Origin: Paraspadella gotoi | Taxonomy: Eukaryota > Animalia > Chaetognatha | DNA: 64,000 bases | NCBI GenBank assembly: GCA_051294375.1 | Contig: CM119270.1 | Coordinates: 11,012,100 to 11,076,099 of the forward strand | Reading direction: 5' to 3' | Shown here: piece by piece, positions 27,371-40,421 of the stretch | How positions within the stretch are numbered: the stretch's first letter is position 1 | Layout of the letters: each line of letters begins with the position of its first letter | Program-made: the position numbers and the translations under genes | Notes under the pieces: model-generated | Database searches by the model: none | What the model was told of the DNA's origin: nothing | What the model saw: the letters and a program-made list of their open reading frames with translations, nothing else

Positions 27371-29494
27371 ACGCAAGTGGAGGCGGCGTCCGGGAGCGAG
27401 GACGCGGCGGCGGCGGCGGCGGCGAAAGCGGCGTCGGGCGATCAGCGGCGATCGGCTGCGGCGTCGTCGAGTAAACCGCCGACGGCGCCGACGTCGAATC
27501 GATCGGGCGACGCCAGAACTTTCGGCGGCGCCCAAACATCGAATCGGCGTCGCCCGCGCCCGTCGCCGCACGATCCCTCGCCCCCCGCCGCGTCCTCGCC
27601 CCACGGCGCTGGGCCTCCCGCGGCTCGGTATCCCGCGCCGGCGCCGCCCAGGGAGAGGAACGGCGCCTCCTCTTTGGCCGGACTCACCACCTCTTCCTTT
27701 TCCGACACAACCTCCTCCTCTTCCTCCTCACACAACCCCGTCGCCTGTCCCACTGACACTCCTAACAACTCCTCCTCTGCTGTGATGCTAATAACCAGCA
27801 CCTTGCCCGGTAGCACCCAAACACCCTCCGGCCCTAATTCCGAATCCGGCACGCCCGTTCTTTCCCCTTCCAGCGTCACGGGCGCTCCGGTCGTTCACAT
27901 TCGCCCCGTCGGGCACACGTCACGTTCGGCCTTTGCCGGCTTCTTCCACGGCTGGCTGCCCGGCCGCGCGGGGAAGGGTCAAGGGCCGAGCAAAGGTCGG
28001 TCGCCCAACCTGGACAGGAATCGGCGCGCCATTTCGCTCGATCCTCCGCGAGAAGACGACGAAGACGGCGCCGCTTCGCCAAAGCCAGACGACACCGCGC
28101 CACCGAACACGAAGTCGGCGTCGCATTTCCGATCGTGGTGGCGCCGGTCGAGACCCAAAACGACCGACGCCGTCGCGACCAGTTCGAACCAAGAGTCTTC
28201 TCCGCGGCGTCTATCTCTCGGAGTCCAAAAGACGTCTCATTTGGAGCCGGCGTCACTCGTCGACGTTAACGATGAGCGGCGTCGCCATCTCGCGGAATCG
28301 ACGAACGATGGCGCTGACGTCGAACGAGTCGCCGATCTCGATCCGCGATCCCCGCGTCCAGCGACAAGAGCTAGTCCGATGGACGCGTTGAGCGCAGCGC
28401 CCGATTTCAGTGACTGCAGCGTCGGCGGCGACCGCAGCGACGTCGCCAATCGTAGCGACAACACCGGCTTTTCCTGCACACCACCGATCTCACCTCGACA
28501 CTCCCCGCGAATCGACGACGCGTTTGATGCGTCGCGAAGGCGTCCTCGACCGCCGCGACGAACTTCCGTCGGGGAAAGAGTCGTCATTCCCGAACTTTCA
28601 TCCCCTAGACGAGGAGGCGGAGGTGGAGCCGGCCCGGACCCGCATCCACGCCCACCGCGTTCGCCACGCCACCCACCTCATTCACCTCTCTCTAAGCCTC
28701 TCACCAACTCACCCTTCACCCTCACATGCGACAACTCTTCGTCGGGACTTTTCACCTCTTTAGCAACGACGGTCAGTAACAACGACGACGACGACGCTTC
28801 GGCGACGTCGACGTCGATACGTTCGAGATCCTCGACGCCCGCGGATCCTTCCGCTTCCTTTCATTTTCCTTCCCCGCGTGTTCCTTCCCCTTCGCACCCT
28901 TCCTTTCCGCCCGCGCACTCTGTTAACGATGAAGGCGACGACGACGATTCCCGTTTTCGTTTTCCCCAGCACGCGGATGTCCCCGCTGTCCCAGTCACCG
29001 TTTCCTTTCCCGTCCGCGCCTCTCACATTCCCGCCCGCCTTCCCATTCCCATTCTCCCCGCTGTTTCCGCTATCCCTACTAACAATCGCTACGGCCGACG
29101 AGGAAAGCGTTTCGGTCGCGCGTCGTCGGCGGAGTGCGAGGGAGCGTCGGCGCCGGACGCGGAGGACGACGACGCCGGTTATTCTCGGCGTCGCCTCCTC
29201 CCCGGTGTCGACGCGCCCGTCCGCGACCCGCGCGGCGCCTCCGCCGAAAGTTTGACGCGGCAGCAGCTGCAGCAGCGACGATGGCGGCAGCAGCAACGAC
29301 GGCTGCCGCAGCGAGACCAGGCGTGGCAGCCGTCGGGGCGACGGTTTCTCTCCCCGGAAGGATACTTGGTCGCTGCGCCGACCTCTGGGGGTCGAAGCGA
29401 GGGGGGGAGTGGAGAGGGGAGAGGGAGAGGGCGAGAAGGGCGGGGGAGGTTGTGCGGAATGAAGGCCAAGTCTTTCGAGGAGACGAGTTGTTGA
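27371..29494 (+). CDS. 707-codon open frame immediately after and in frame with the PKC TAG; candidate readthrough extension (disordered, S/P/R-rich)
   Basis: ...CAC TGG TAG ACG CAA GTG GAG... stays open to TGA at 29492-29494. High GC falls off shortly after this second stop; other frames over this stretch are open for at most ~180 aa in the ORF track. Confidence 0.6.
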   Translation, partial: TQVEAASGSEDAAAAAAAKAASGDQRRSAAASSSKPPTAPTSNRSGDARTFGGAQTSNRRRPRPSPHDPSPPAASSPHGAGPPAARYPAPAPPRERNGASSLAGLTTSSFSDTTSSSSSSHNPVACPTDTPNNSSSAVMLITSTLPGSTQTPSGPNSESGTPVLSPSSVTGAPVVHIRPVGHTSRSAFAGFFHGWLPGRAGKGQGPSKGRSPNLDRNRRAISLDPPREDDEDGAASPKPDDTAPPNTKSASHFRSWWRRSRPKTTDAVATSSNQESSPRRLSLGVQKTSHLEPASLVDVNDERRRHLAESTNDGADVERVADLDPRSPRPATRASPMDALSAAPDFSDCSVGGDRSDVANRSDNTGFSCTPPISPRHSPRIDDAFDASRRRPRPPRRTSVGERVVIPELSSPRRGGGGGAGPDPHPRPPRSPRHPPHSPLSKPLTNSPFTLTCDNSSSGLFTSLATTVSNNDDDDASATSTSIRSRSSTPADPSASFHFPSPRVPSPSHPSFPPAHSVNDEGDDDDSRFRFPQHADVPAVPVTVSFPVRASHIPARLPIPILPAVSAIPTNNRYGRRGKRFGRASSAECEGASAPDAEDDDAGYSRRRLLPGVDAPVRDPRGASAESLTRQQLQQRRWRQQQRRLPQRDQAWQPSGRRFLSPEGYLVAAPTSGGRSEGGSGEGRGRGREGRGRLCGMKAKSFEETSC

Positions 29495-30159
29495 TCTCTT
29501 TAGTTTTTCTTTTGTTAAATGGATGAGGGTGGGGGCCGTGGGGGTCGAAAAGCGAGTATCAAGTATCGAGTTCCCAAAAAATAAAAAAATGACGTGATAT
29601 AATTTTGCGAGCTTGGTTCACTCACCCAGGGGCTAATGGCATCACCTATTATGGGGATTTTAAGTCGGAGCTTTGAAAGGTGCTACACATTCTCATCGAT
29701 GCCAATCTTGAAAAGTAAGATGTTTGGTTGACTTAAAAGTTCCCCTCTTCCCCTACTGACTCTTTTTTTACGCTCACTGTATCTCTATCTCTCATTTTCG
29801 TCTTCTCATTTCATTGGCGATCGTGTTTAGGGGGTGAAAGTGAGGAAAGGCTGGTGATTCCCGGAATCCGCTCCCTTGGGGGCCGGTTGACTTAACCAGA
29901 TATCAGCGTCGATTCCATAAATTTCTTTTTTCGTTAACCAATTATGAAACATCACGCTGCTGTGACTACAAGGACGCTCCAGATCCGTACGAAGAGAAAA
30001 AGAAAAAGAAAGCAAAACAAAAATTAACGTTTCCAATTCTCTCCGTTATTTTTTTCTTTTTTCAGAGAGATTCTAATTCTCACTCTTGTCTATTTTGTAC
30101 CTAAGAAAAACTGACAGGATATATTAGGAACTAAATGGGCGTTTCATGTACAATAAATA

Positions 30160-30219
<60 letters not shown>

Positions 30220-30510
30220 ATCTCTCGTTTTTCTTTCTTCTCTATCTCTTTCTATAATTTTCTCTTTCTCTCTCTTTGAAAGAGTAAAGTTTACCGCTAC
30301 AAAAATTAATGTAATGCGAAATGTACTTCACTCCTCCTTGCCAGTCACGAGGAGAAAGTTTGGATATTAACAGAGATTCGATCGACGTTATTAGTTGTCC
30401 AATGTCATGTTCTTGTCTGTTATTGTTAGTGCGTTTCCTTTAATTATCAAATGCCTATTCCTTTTATTACTTGTGCTACATTACTTCTTAGCCTTGGAAA
30501 CGTTCGATTC

Positions 30511-30625
<115 letters not shown>

Positions 30626-32108
30626 CGTTTTTCTTTTTACCCCCACTTACTCAAATCAATATTGTTGTCAAAATATTCAGTGCCAGTGTTTTTTTTTTCT
30701 TTTTAGAGTAGCCCCTTCCCAAACAAAAAAACCCCCAAATTTAGCGAAATTAATTACCACCCAACAAAAAAAATACGAACCAAAACGATGAAATCTTTTA
30801 TTTATTTATTTTTATTTCGTTCAATCGGTGATAGGCGACCGTTTTTGATAAAGATGCGCTTTTGTCAAAGAATTGTCTTTTTTTTCCGCATCGCAACGAA
30901 GCTAGCGTCGCCGAACAAAAGGGCGACTCGCAAAAAAATATATTTCTCGTCGTTCGTTCCATTTAATTCATCGATTTGTGCATTTATTGTCCGCCGGATA
31001 ATTGATATGCATTTTTATTCATTCGATACTTAATTCCTAGTTGATTGACCCATTGCCAAAAAAATTACATTCTTTGCCTCGCTGGCCCCGTTAGCTCATT
31101 CAATTTTCTGATAGAGAATAGATTCCGAATGAAAACAATGACCTTTAAATTTCGGGGTCCGCGACGTAATTTGTGATGTCACTCATTTTTAACATTTGAT
31201 TTCACATCCTCTTTGGTCCTCTAAAAATTTTTATTGTTTTTATTTCGTAATGATTTTGAATTTCGGAAATGCGTTGTACGATAATTTACGAAAAAAAAAT
31301 GTTGCCTAGTAGAGACCGTGTTGAGTTTTAATTACACGTATGTTTAAACTTAGGAGTAGAAAAGTTATGATTCGGAAAAACATGTTTAACTGGCTCGAGG
31401 GAGAAAATTGTATGATCAAATGTATGATCAAATGTTATTTTATACAATGTCAATGAAGAATCATTCTGACAGCGCTGAATTGCAAAAATAACATTCCTCG
31501 GATATGCTACAGGGACTTTCATATGGAGTTTTACGGAACAACTTGTAATATAATCCCAACGAAGAGCAATCAGGTTATAAATTGTTTTAATATTAATAGA
31601 AAAATACTTAACTTGCTAGCATTTTGGCTAGGATAATTTCTATGAATGTTATAAACATTTTAGAAGTGGATCTTACTATTAATCCTGCAGTTCCCATTAA
31701 AACAATTTTTTTTTTTCATATTTAATTTTTTTTATTATTAAGACACTGTAGTATATGTATCACGAACCAGAATAATTTTTTTTTATAATATGAATAATAC
31801 TGGATAATGATCATCAAGTTTTCCCTTTAAAAATCAATTTTAAAAAATTTCAGCTTGGGGGGAAAACAAATTACGACAGACTACTTTGTTGATAAATAAT
31901 AGTTACGATAGTAGATAAGTTGGGTTTTTATATCAGATAACTTCACAATCGGTATTAAAAATTATTAAATTGTTAAAAACTGAAAAAAATGAAGAACAGT
32001 TAATTCGCGCTTGAGAGCCACTGTGATTATCCTATTAGATAATTTTAACATTTTTTGGGGTCAACATAAAATTCAAGTAGTTTTTTAACTAATAAATGTT
32101 ATTAGTTA

Positions 32109-33832
32109 TTAGCTCGAAACCCCCACGACCTCTGTGGCTCGTGTTACATCTCCGGCTCCAGCTCCTTCATCAGTTCCCGAGTTCCATGACCTCAAGCGGC
32201 GATTGTCAATTTGCTGCTGCCAATCAGCGTCAGGGATGCAGGAGACGCACTTAAATCGCGACTTTATTTCACGTCCGCCGGCGGAGTTTTCTATTGCAAC
32301 GACGGCCACGCCCACCACGACGCCGCCCACCTAAATTTGCAAAGACCATTTCCATGAGTAAGTATAATTTTGACTGAAGATAAATTATAAATAGCAAAAA
32401 ATTACACCAACAAAGGTGAGTTGTCCTGGTTTCTCCTTACCTTTTCCACGATTCTAACGGCGGCGTTGATTGTCCCGCCCGTTTCGATCCATTGATCGAC
32501 GATGACAACTTTGGTTCCCTTAACCAGAATAAAACAATTATCTAAATGTGCACCCAAACATATAAATTAATGCCATAGATCAATTCTATAAATGTAATAA
32601 ATAAAACATCACAAAGGAATCGAACTTGGAAAACCGGAATCGGATCGACGACGTGAGAGGAATCTGCAAGAGAAAGACTCGAGCTCTCTCATTGGTGAAA
32701 TAACAAAAAGCATCAGCCAATGGCCAGCCGAGCTTCCATACGGACCAAAAATTGACACCGTTTTTACTGTACATTTTCTCTTTTCTTTTTTTTTTTCGTT
32801 TCGATTTCTTCCAGAATTATGTGGTTACAGGAGAGGACTCGACTCACCACGACTCCAAGAAGCCTTACCACCGCAACCACAATTCAGTCGTTACATGTAT
32901 TGGCGCAGCCACTGGTTACATTTAAATCGCTTTCAAGGGCTTAAACTGAACTGTTACTGCAGTATTAATAATAATAAAAAAATTGTTATCATTCTTTTCA
33001 ACTTGCATCATTCTTTTCAAAAATGAACGAAATTCAAGGATAAAGTAATTCGCTAAAGCGATTTACAATCAAATGTAGCCAATCAATTTAATTGATGAAA
33101 TAAAGCAGCATTATGATGCAATCAATCGATCAATCGATCAAAGCAATCAATCCCCAAGCAACCTTAGGGAAGGGATCGACGCGAATCTCCATGAGCTTGT
33201 CGCGCTTGGAGTAATCGGTGTAGGGTTCGACGACGACGTCAACGCAAAGATGAGGATGTTTGCGGATTGGCACGAATCCGACGCCGAGACGCAGAGCCAA
33301 TGCGGCGCCGAGACAAAAGCCCATGGCGTCGATGCCGGCTACGACGTCTACGGAATCCTTAAAGGGAAAAGGGGAAGATATTTAACAAGATATTATATTA
33401 TATTATATTATATTATTATTTATTATTATTATTACTATTTTTGATCTCTTTGAAGCAGGATAAAATTAAGCTGTAGAATACTTTGGAGATAAAATTATAC
33501 AAAATGATAAAAAAAGCTAAGAAAAGGACTGAAATATGGAAAATATTTGACGATACAAAAATAAAATGAATTGTTGACCGAAAGTGAAATTTTGAATGTT
33601 GCAATCTTTCAATTAGACAAACCTGAAGAAACGGCCTGGCAAGATCCTCCACCGCGTCTGAAAATGCCGCAGAATTCCCGTACAACCTTGATGGATCCAA
33701 CCAGGCAAAGTTCGAACCCTTGGTGTTCTCGGCCATCAGATCCAGGTACCACCCTTTGGTCCGTTTCGGCAACTGTCTATTCTCTTTTGCGTTTTTTTCG
33801 CACGAATTTTCGTTGTTAACACCGTCAGACAT
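32109..33832 (-). CDS. Atypical adenine phosphoribosyltransferase-like protein (type I PRTase), 4 exons, ~234 aa
   Basis: Exons 33832-33623, 33357-33163, 32518-32441, 32330-32109 (all phase 0). Motifs: [47 protein letters not shown] and the PRPP loop [13 protein letters not shown]. Confidence 0.9.
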
Positions 33833-34888
33833 TTTAGTTTATAACACGTAAAAAATAATTAAAAACTGGAGAAAAACATCGGCTTTCTAATCTATGAGTT
33901 TTTTCATTGAAGTACTTTTTTTTCCATTTAACCTTCAGTAAAGGCTCGAACGTAAACTAGACTGTCGGATCGATTTTCCTGCTCCGAATATGATCGTTAA
34001 CAGTTATCCCAGAAATCGTGTTTTTTAAAAAAAGGCAATAAAAAGAAAGAAAAAATGTCGTTTAAACTCATACATACTGAGAGAAAAACTTTTCGATCTC
34101 TCTTTTCGCCGGGCGTAAATCCAATTATTGCCACCAAGTTGTCCGATCATTATTTTTTTAAAAGTTTTTTAATGAACGATATACATTGAGAATGCTAAAA
34201 AATCGCTATTGTATAAATATTTTGAAAGCAAAAAGTCGTAAATTAGGAATTTGGAGAGAGAAATGAAGCGAATCGACATCAATCAATTGGTTAACCTTGG
34301 TCACAAAGATACCATTCACCGAATTACTGTGAAGCCTTAGTCGTCGTCGTCGTCGTTGGCTAAAAAAACCAAAAACTACGTTTTTATCTTTTCTCTTTTA
34401 TCGACGTTTTATGATAGTTCTGAATTCATTTAATACGTTTGTTATAACGGAATATCATTTTACTTTATAAACAAAACTTTTCGTCTTTGTTATTGCTTTT
34501 TAAGTGGTTAATAAAATATTAATTAAAACTAAACCAACAATCTAATTCATTGTGACGGGGGAGGGGGAGTAACTCGAATAATTAAAAAAAATTGAAAAGT
34601 CTCATTATTTTTACAAATCCCTCTAGTGAGCTCACTATTAGGATTTGGTTTTTTTAATTAACGTTATTAGACTAAAACTTACTAAGTAATATCTATCCTG
34701 CGACTAAAAAATGATGGCTGATGTATAGTATCTTTCTATCATGCCTCTTTTTCCTTTCCCAACTCAATTTAATGTATGGAAAATTGAGTACGTAAGATTA
34801 TCATTAGTAAAATATTTTTTGAACTACTGCCATCTATTAATCTCACAATCTAATTTTTTGAAAGACTTCTGGTTTCCCGTTTAGGCTT

Positions 34889-37515
34889 TTAGCTTCTCCC
34901 TGGTTCGACTTGTTTTGCCCAGTTTTCCGTCATTCCCTGTCAAGTAACCAAGTTTGAGTTTTTGCTTTTTGATTATGGAAAAAAGTCCAATCCGCTATTA
35001 TCAGTTAAACCCACCTGTACTCGACAAATGTCCGCGCATTGCAATTTGGTCTTTTTACGAAACTAGAAAAAACAAGTTTGAGCAAACAATGTCGGATCTG
35101 TCCACGATCATTAGCGGTAATTAATTAATTAATTCAAGTTAATTATTTAGGCAATTATTTAATTAATTAATTTGATCCGAAATATTTGTTTTTAGGTCTT
35201 TTTGTCACTAACCATGACAAAAGCAAACAACGATGGCGACGACGACAATAATGCCAATAACGATTGACGAGTAATTGAAATAAAGGGAAATATTTTTTTT
35301 CTCCATTTAGACTCATTTCCACTCGGATGATTCCATCAAAATTTTATATCCAGCTTAATCACACACTTCTCTACCCACACACAAAATTTCATTTTAATCC
35401 ATCCATCCAATCACGAGTAATTGACGGACGGACATCATTTTTTTTCATTTATTTATCATAATTCGATGTTCTGACATGATATAAGTGAAAAATTGAGGGG
35501 GCGGACCGACGGTATGACAAAGTGGATTATAGAGTCGGGATCTGCTGATAAGCAGATCCGACTAAAAATAAAGCACTAAAGTCCCTCTGAGGAGCATAAA
35601 TTAATATTTTTGGTCAGGTAAGTTCATTTCTTCTTGCCAAGTAGTGTAACATTCTACCGCCTTAATGGTACCGATCTGTGGCCTACAACTACAACAACAG
35701 CTTCTTCGCATACCGTCTCGTCGGCCTCGCATTTCCCAACGCATTCTTCGTAATCTCCGTCCATCCCAGCCCCATCCCTTCTTCTTCTTCCCGGTCTGTG
35801 AAGCGGTCTCGGCTGCCGCGCCGCAGCGGCCGCTGCTGCCCCTGCCACCGCCGCCATTCCCGACGCCACCGCGCCCAAGTAACCTTGGGTTTGCCCGATG
35901 GCGTTCACGTAGGCGCCAGTGTAGGCACTTGTGGGTACGTTAGGGTCGACAGGCACGTAGACGGGAGATGACATGCAGCACAGAGTCGAGTGAGTCTGGT
36001 ATTAAATGGCGATTGCGAGATGATTAAGTTTTGAGGCGATCAAGGTGATGCGTTCGTCAATGTGTCATTGTGAAGATGCGAGAATTTCCCCGTGAAATTA
36101 AGTTCACGGGAAAATAGAGGGCAATGGAAAAACGAAATTAAAATGCGTGGTTAATTGTTTAATCGATTAGTTTAATTTCGTTGTTGTTTAGGAGCGAAAG
36201 TTTTTGGGTGCTAAGGAAGTTGCATTTAGTAAGAACGTACATGTGCGAGGGGCAGTGTTTGATGTCAGAAGCAAGTGCAAAGCAAAGAATTTGCGAGCAA
36301 GTGTGAAGCGAGGGTTGTGAAAATCGACTGAAATCAATCTTTGACCTTTTGTAATTTTAAGCTATTTCGTGATTAAAATAAATGAAAGCCTTAAGCAGAA
36401 AGGTTTTTATTTAATTCGAATCAAGTTACATAGAAACTAGTGCGAGAAAAGAATGAAAGTATCAGTCATTAAATTACATTAAATAATTTCTATGTATAAA
36501 GGAAATCAAGCAATCGGTCTGGCCCATGCTGATGTTAGGATATACATGTCGGAGGCAAGCTCTTGAAACGAAATGGCCGATAAATTGGCATCATCCAAAA
36601 AAACGTACAATTAAAATTGACATAACTGCATTTGAATCTTCACATTTATCGATCATTCCTTTCCAAGACCCCTACCCTTTGAAGGCATTGAGATTATGAT
36701 AAAGAGTTTTTTTTTGTCGGCCAAAATGAAAGTTTCATCCGATGTCTGACGAATGTCGTACTGTAACGTGACCCACGCGCTAAATGTCGTTTTGATCGGA
36801 GTCATTTGCTTCGTCCTAAAATCATCAAAATGTTCATATATTTTCGTACGACTTCTCCTGTAAATTAATGAATCGTAAACTCTTATTTGCATTTTGCTGT
36901 CCGAATAAATAGTAATTAAGCAATGGATCAATTAGATGCATATAAATCTGTCTCGTCGAGCGTTAGTATCAAATTTACTCACTTGGCAAATGTGCAAACA
37001 TTTTATGAAATCCAATTGATTGACGTTATCAACTTCGTTCATCGCGGCTCCCTGCAATATCGAAATATCGGAATATCGAAATTTTATAGTTTCTTATGAA
37101 AAAAATATATAAAATTTGAATTTTGAACGTTCTTGAACGTTGTATTTTATAGTTTCGTATGAATTAGTTCATAATATTTTATTCATGAGTCCATTTAAAC
37201 GGTAGTGTCTTTTGTTTTTGTTGAATTTTAATAAATTAGTTTTTACTTTTGAATTAAAAATAATAATGTTGCTTCCTTTTATACTTGAGGTTTTTTGGTT
37301 TAAAAATATGAATTTAGAACGTTCTTGAACGTTATATTTGATAGTTTCTTATGAACTAGTTCATAACATTTTATTTCTGAGTCCATTTAAACGTTAGTGT
37401 CTGTTAGTGTTTGTTTCTGTTGAATTTTAATAGTTTAGTTTTTACTTGCTTACTGTTTTCTAGTTTTATACACTGATACTGTTTTTGATTTTGTCAATAC
37501 TGTTTTTGGTATTAA

Positions 37516-37546
<31 letters not shown>

Positions 37547-40421
37547 CGAATCATGATTTTTAGACTTTATTTTTGTTGACGCTTTTTTCTTTTTGTTTGA
37601 TTTGTTAAAACTGTTTTCAGTATTATTTGTTTATTTTGTATCGAAGGTATCGATTTTGATACTAAAAAAACGATCAATTAGTTACCTGTTGATTGCATTC
37701 CATCAGACATTCCTCTTCCGACAAAAACCGTCTTTTTCGATGATGACCTCCGGATGAGCATTGGAGAGAGATTTGCACCTTTGTCCAAGTGTTTCAGGTT
37801 AGCAGGGCGAAGACATTGTAATTGTATTAATTATTTGTTGATGGGGGAAGTGGGGCAAGCGAATGGGAGAATGAACTCAAGCAATGTGATGATTAAAATT
37901 TGGATTAATGGATTAATTAGTTTGGAACCTACTGTAGATGCCTTTAGATGTTGTTCGGAAATTAAAATTTTTTTTAGATGTTTAGTAATTATGCATTAAG
38001 AAAGACTAGGAAGAATTGAATTTGAGTGTGAGAGTGGAGTTTCGAGTGCAAGCAAAAACACGCAAATGTGGACACAACCAAAGAAGGCAAGGTGTCACAA
38101 CAAGTTTCCCGTCGTGTGAGAAATAGTGGTGCAGAAAGCTCGACTGTGCAAGATAAGAATGATTTCAAAGTGGCAGAGATGGTAAGAACGGTGAGATGAC
38201 TATGAACGATGAAGGAAACAGATTCATAGAAAAGAGAAGATAAAGTGAGACGTGAGGTGCGTGAGGTCCGTGTAAAGTGTGAAACTTAAAAATGAATGTG
38301 ATGAGAACGAAGTCGGAACTATTTAAGTATTTTTATGCGACGAAAAATCTTCATCGGCCAGATGTTTTGTCTGTCACAAGATAAAAAAATATGGAAATTT
38401 AAAGTTAGTCACTGTACACAAATGAGCGATGCTAATGATCAAACAACTACGAACCTGAGTCTGAGAATTGACACAAAACTTGACAATCGAGAGACGAGTT
38501 GGTGGTTAGAAATGAAGGTGTGTCGGGTTCCTGAAACCGAAAGTTTTTCATTTAGATTTATTGAATGGTAATTCAGCGATACTTAAAATGTTGATTCATT
38601 GTTTTTTTTATTGATTATGTATTGTGGTAGCTGTATTTATTACGTTCTACCTTCTATTCCCATCTTGTCCCAATACTTACCTTTAACCTTTCGCCGCAGT
38701 CCTTTAAGCAGTTTCCGCCGTAGACGAGGCCGGCGACGCGGCGCAGCGCCATCCCGCGGACTCCACGCCGCGCTCGTCCGTGACCCATCGAGACGCATGG
38801 CTGCTGCGGCCCCGACGACGACCCGGGGCAGCACATCGAGTCTGCTACCTTCGACGCGTTTCGTAGCGATTCGCGCGTTTTGTGTGTTTTGTTTGTTTCG
38901 TTATTTTGAGGAAATTGTTGTTTAGTAGTTTTTTCGTTACAAGTATATTTTCGTTAGGGAAGTTCGTTATCATTTTAGGCGAATATAGCATTACTATTTA
39001 CTTTTGTACGAATAGAGTAATTAAAAAACATAATTACATTCTCTTACCGTACAAAAATATTACAAGAAACATCAATGACCATGATGACAAAGAATAATAT
39101 GAAGGGAAGGAGTATCATAGTAGCGATAATGTATTACAGGGTAAACGTCCCAAAGGTGAATATTTTACCCAAGCTTGAAAAAAGGTTTCAGCTAGGTTTT
39201 TAAAATCATGATTATCCTTTGAAATATTCCATAAATAGTCCTAAAAATACTTTTTAGTTAAGAGTTAAGACATTGGTCAAAAAGAGATTAGCGTATTATA
39301 ATAGTTATTTTGCACTATACAAAAGATATCTTGATCAGTTTTTTCTCTTTCTGGATTTTAAGTTTACAACTGTTTCACCTTCGAATATTGAATGAGTTGT
39401 TAGTGCCATGTATCAAATTCAGGTTATAACTCATCAGGTTGATGGTTGAATACCGAACGGAACAGTCAATCCCTCACGCCAAGTATTCTGGGAAAATTAA
39501 ATTTTTTTCGTCAATATTCGCCGAACTTGCCATTTTGGGTGAAAACTTAGAGTGACATACTCCCATTTTGGCGCACAAGTTAGCGCAGTTGACCTTGGGA
39601 CCATTAGCTAAGGATGGTTTGGTGAAAGCGCTAAAGGTTTGGACAATCTGAGAAAGCGAAGGTCGGGTTATGGATCAATCAACATGGGAAACTGAAAAAC
39701 AAAGAGTTGATATTCTCGCCTTTGCTTGGTCTTCGCAAATTTGAAGGCAGAGACTTTCAGGAGGAAAGCGTAAGTAAGGGTTTGGTAAGTTCATTGAAGG
39801 TGGGGGTTTTTTAGTGGGAGAGCTTCTGAGGTCACGAAATGGGCAAATAAAAAAGAAAAAGGGTATTATCGTAAAAGTATTAAAAGTCAAAACTGAACAC
39901 TTAAAATTCTTAAGGTCCTAGTTTAATTAAAATTCTCCTTGATATATGCCCTTTTTTGTATCTGGATTATGAATGTATTATGGATTCTTAGCACTTTTTT
40001 TTCGAATATTTACTTTCAAAATTTTATAAATTAGGTACAACTTTTCCGGATTATAACTATATATGGGTTCTGGATTAAAGGTTCAACCTGATAATCATGA
40101 CCACATAGTTTTTAAATTTACGTGTTGCAACCGTCGCCGAAGTGAAGAATTGAATTCTAGAAAGAGTTAATTAAAATGAATGTGGGAGTCTACGCTGTGA
40201 TAGTTAAGAAGAAACCTCGAATTAACAAGACCTGTAATTATTATTATTACTCGTTGAAAAATTATAAAATTTAATTATAAACTCTTTTCATTTGGTCACG
40301 TTAATTCCGGATCACTTATAGCATCAAAAATGGTGGGATTAATGAAAAGACAAAAACTTACAAAAATGGCGACGATGAAGAAAAGAGCAAATCGCAGATG
40401 CGAGATTGATTTGGCAGACAT
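34889..40421 (-). CDS. Secreted Cys-rich precursor with repeated twin-CX3C units and furin sites, built from micro-exons (~285 aa; could be two tandem paralogues)
   Basis: Exons 40421-40362 (signal peptide), 40156-40122, 39753-39720 (GC donor), 39593-39561, 38848-38681, 37778-37686, 37051-36983, [36815-36780 alternative terminal exon], 35995-35714, 35050-35015, 34936-34889; phases consistent. Internal homology CLQICEDQAKVNCANLCAKMG vs CVGKCEADETTKLQCADICRVQG. Confidence 0.65.
35420..35570 (-). mobile_element. DINE-1/Helentron-like non-autonomous element (copy 1)
   Basis: Terminal palindrome AGTCGGGATCTGCTGATAAGCAGATCCGACT, GACG-type microsatellite, and an inverted homologous copy at ~51100-51275. 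Confidence 0.55.
37085..37545. repeat. Diverged ~190-nt tandem duplication followed by a poly(A) run
   Basis: GAACGTTCTTGAACGTT...GAGTCCATTTAAACG at ~37125 and ~37317; A-run at 37516-37544. Confidence 0.75.

Noticed and set aside
37686-38720. Insulin B-chain-like CGERLKVQISLQC followed by RKRR; Kunitz-like YGG and FLSEEECLMEC
   Set aside because: No A-chain CCX3CX8C and Kunitz spacing does not fit. Better explained as units of the CX3C repeat gene.
40216-40231. 16-nt candidate micro-exon (VLLIR) in the CX3C gene
   Set aside because: Including it shifts the frame and loses the cysteine pattern, so it was left out of the model.
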